A stretch of 61,388 nucleotides of DNA, filler included. It is 3 parts of 3 records of this genome, joined end to end, with 100 filler letters (N's around TTAATTAATTAA, not from the genome) between each part and the next. Parts side by side here need not be neighbours in the genome. Positions count along the whole stretch, not along the records: positions 43,022 to 61,388 come from SRR22947725_126; 2 more parts are not named here. One strand, given 5' to 3'. A program made the position numbers and the translations under genes. The notes beneath the pieces are model-generated. The model had not been told where the DNA came from. It worked only from the letters and a program-made list of their open reading frames with translations, and ran no database searches. Positions within the stretch are counted from its first letter, which is position 1; each line of letters starts with the position of its first letter. This document shows positions 60,896 through 61,388 of this stretch, in pieces.

Positions 60896-61025
60896 ATTTA
60901 TAAAACTAGATTGTGAAATTGATCAAAATATGACAATAGAGAATTATTAACAATATTAAATCACTTATACAAATTCTATTTATAATGAACAAATTATACT
61001 TAATATACAACGGAGTTTCCCAAAA

Positions 61026-61388
61026 ATGTCTAAAACAATACTTATTGATGCATCTAATTCAGAACAAACACGAATCGCAGTTACACATAATGATAAATTA
61101 GATGACTTTGAAATAGAGTCTAATAAAAAAAATTCAGTAAAAGGAGATGTATATCTTGCAAAAATAACAAGAGTTGAGCCATCATTACAAGCTGCTTTTG
61201 TTGAGTTCGGTGCTAACAGGAATGGCTTCTTACCTTTGACTGAAATTCATCCTGATTACTTTAAAATCCCTTCAACTGACAAAGAAGAAGTGAAAGAATT
61301 ATTAGATCAATTAACAAAAAATAATGAAAATACTGATGATAATCAAAAACCTTTACCCAAAGAACAAGATGATGAAATAAAAGAACAA
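61026..61388 (+). CDS. rne: Ribonuclease E/G, N-terminal part (runs off window end)
   Basis: Manual translation MSKTILIDASNSEQTRIAV...KGDVYLAKITRVEPSLQAAFVEFGANRNGFLPLTEIHPDYF. Confidence 0.95.
   Translation, partial: MSKTILIDASNSEQTRIAVTHNDKLDDFEIESNKKNSVKGDVYLAKITRVEPSLQAAFVEFGANRNGFLPLTEIHPDYFKIPSTDKEEVKELLDQLTKNNENTDDNQKPLPKEQDDEIKEQ

Overview
AT-rich, streamlined marine alphaproteobacterial DNA; the left segment looks Pelagibacterales (SAR11)-like by gene content, which is an inference. The window is not contiguous: two 100-bp artificial spacers (N44-TTAATTAATTAA-N44, at 27772-27871 and 42922-43021) join three contigs whose true adjacency is unproven. Contig 1 (1-27771) carries alaS(5'), recA, tolC, a kappa-type GST, a Nu-type GST, dksA, a membrane glycosyltransferase pair, umuDC with alphaproteobacterial LexA boxes, bactofilin, ferredoxin and its reductase, and a DgcA-like epimerase. 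It also has prpE next to a PHA cluster (phaA, phaB, phasin, phaC, phaR), then pyrC, ygfZ, tRNA-Leu(GAG), nadA-nadC without nadB, ppdK and glyQS. Contig 2 (27872-42921) is a minus-strand glycan island: a nonulosonic-acid pathway (pseB, NeuB/PseI, GNAT) with unusual tailoring genes (cytidylyltransferase/class-III aminotransferase fusion, aldo-keto reductase, PIG-L deacetylase, ATP-grasp, atypical SDR) and a collapsed asnB remnant. Contig 3 (43022-61388) carries rmlDBA, an FkbM methyltransferase, tRNA-Met, O-antigen ligase, a WecA-like gene, mnmA-sufBCDS-sufT-sufA, tyrS, prfB, PBP1A and rne(5'). Best leads: a non-canonical GTT-TGA-C prfB frameshift site, the nonulosonate tailoring module, and the PHA locus with candidate PhaR operators and a C-rich-loop hairpin.
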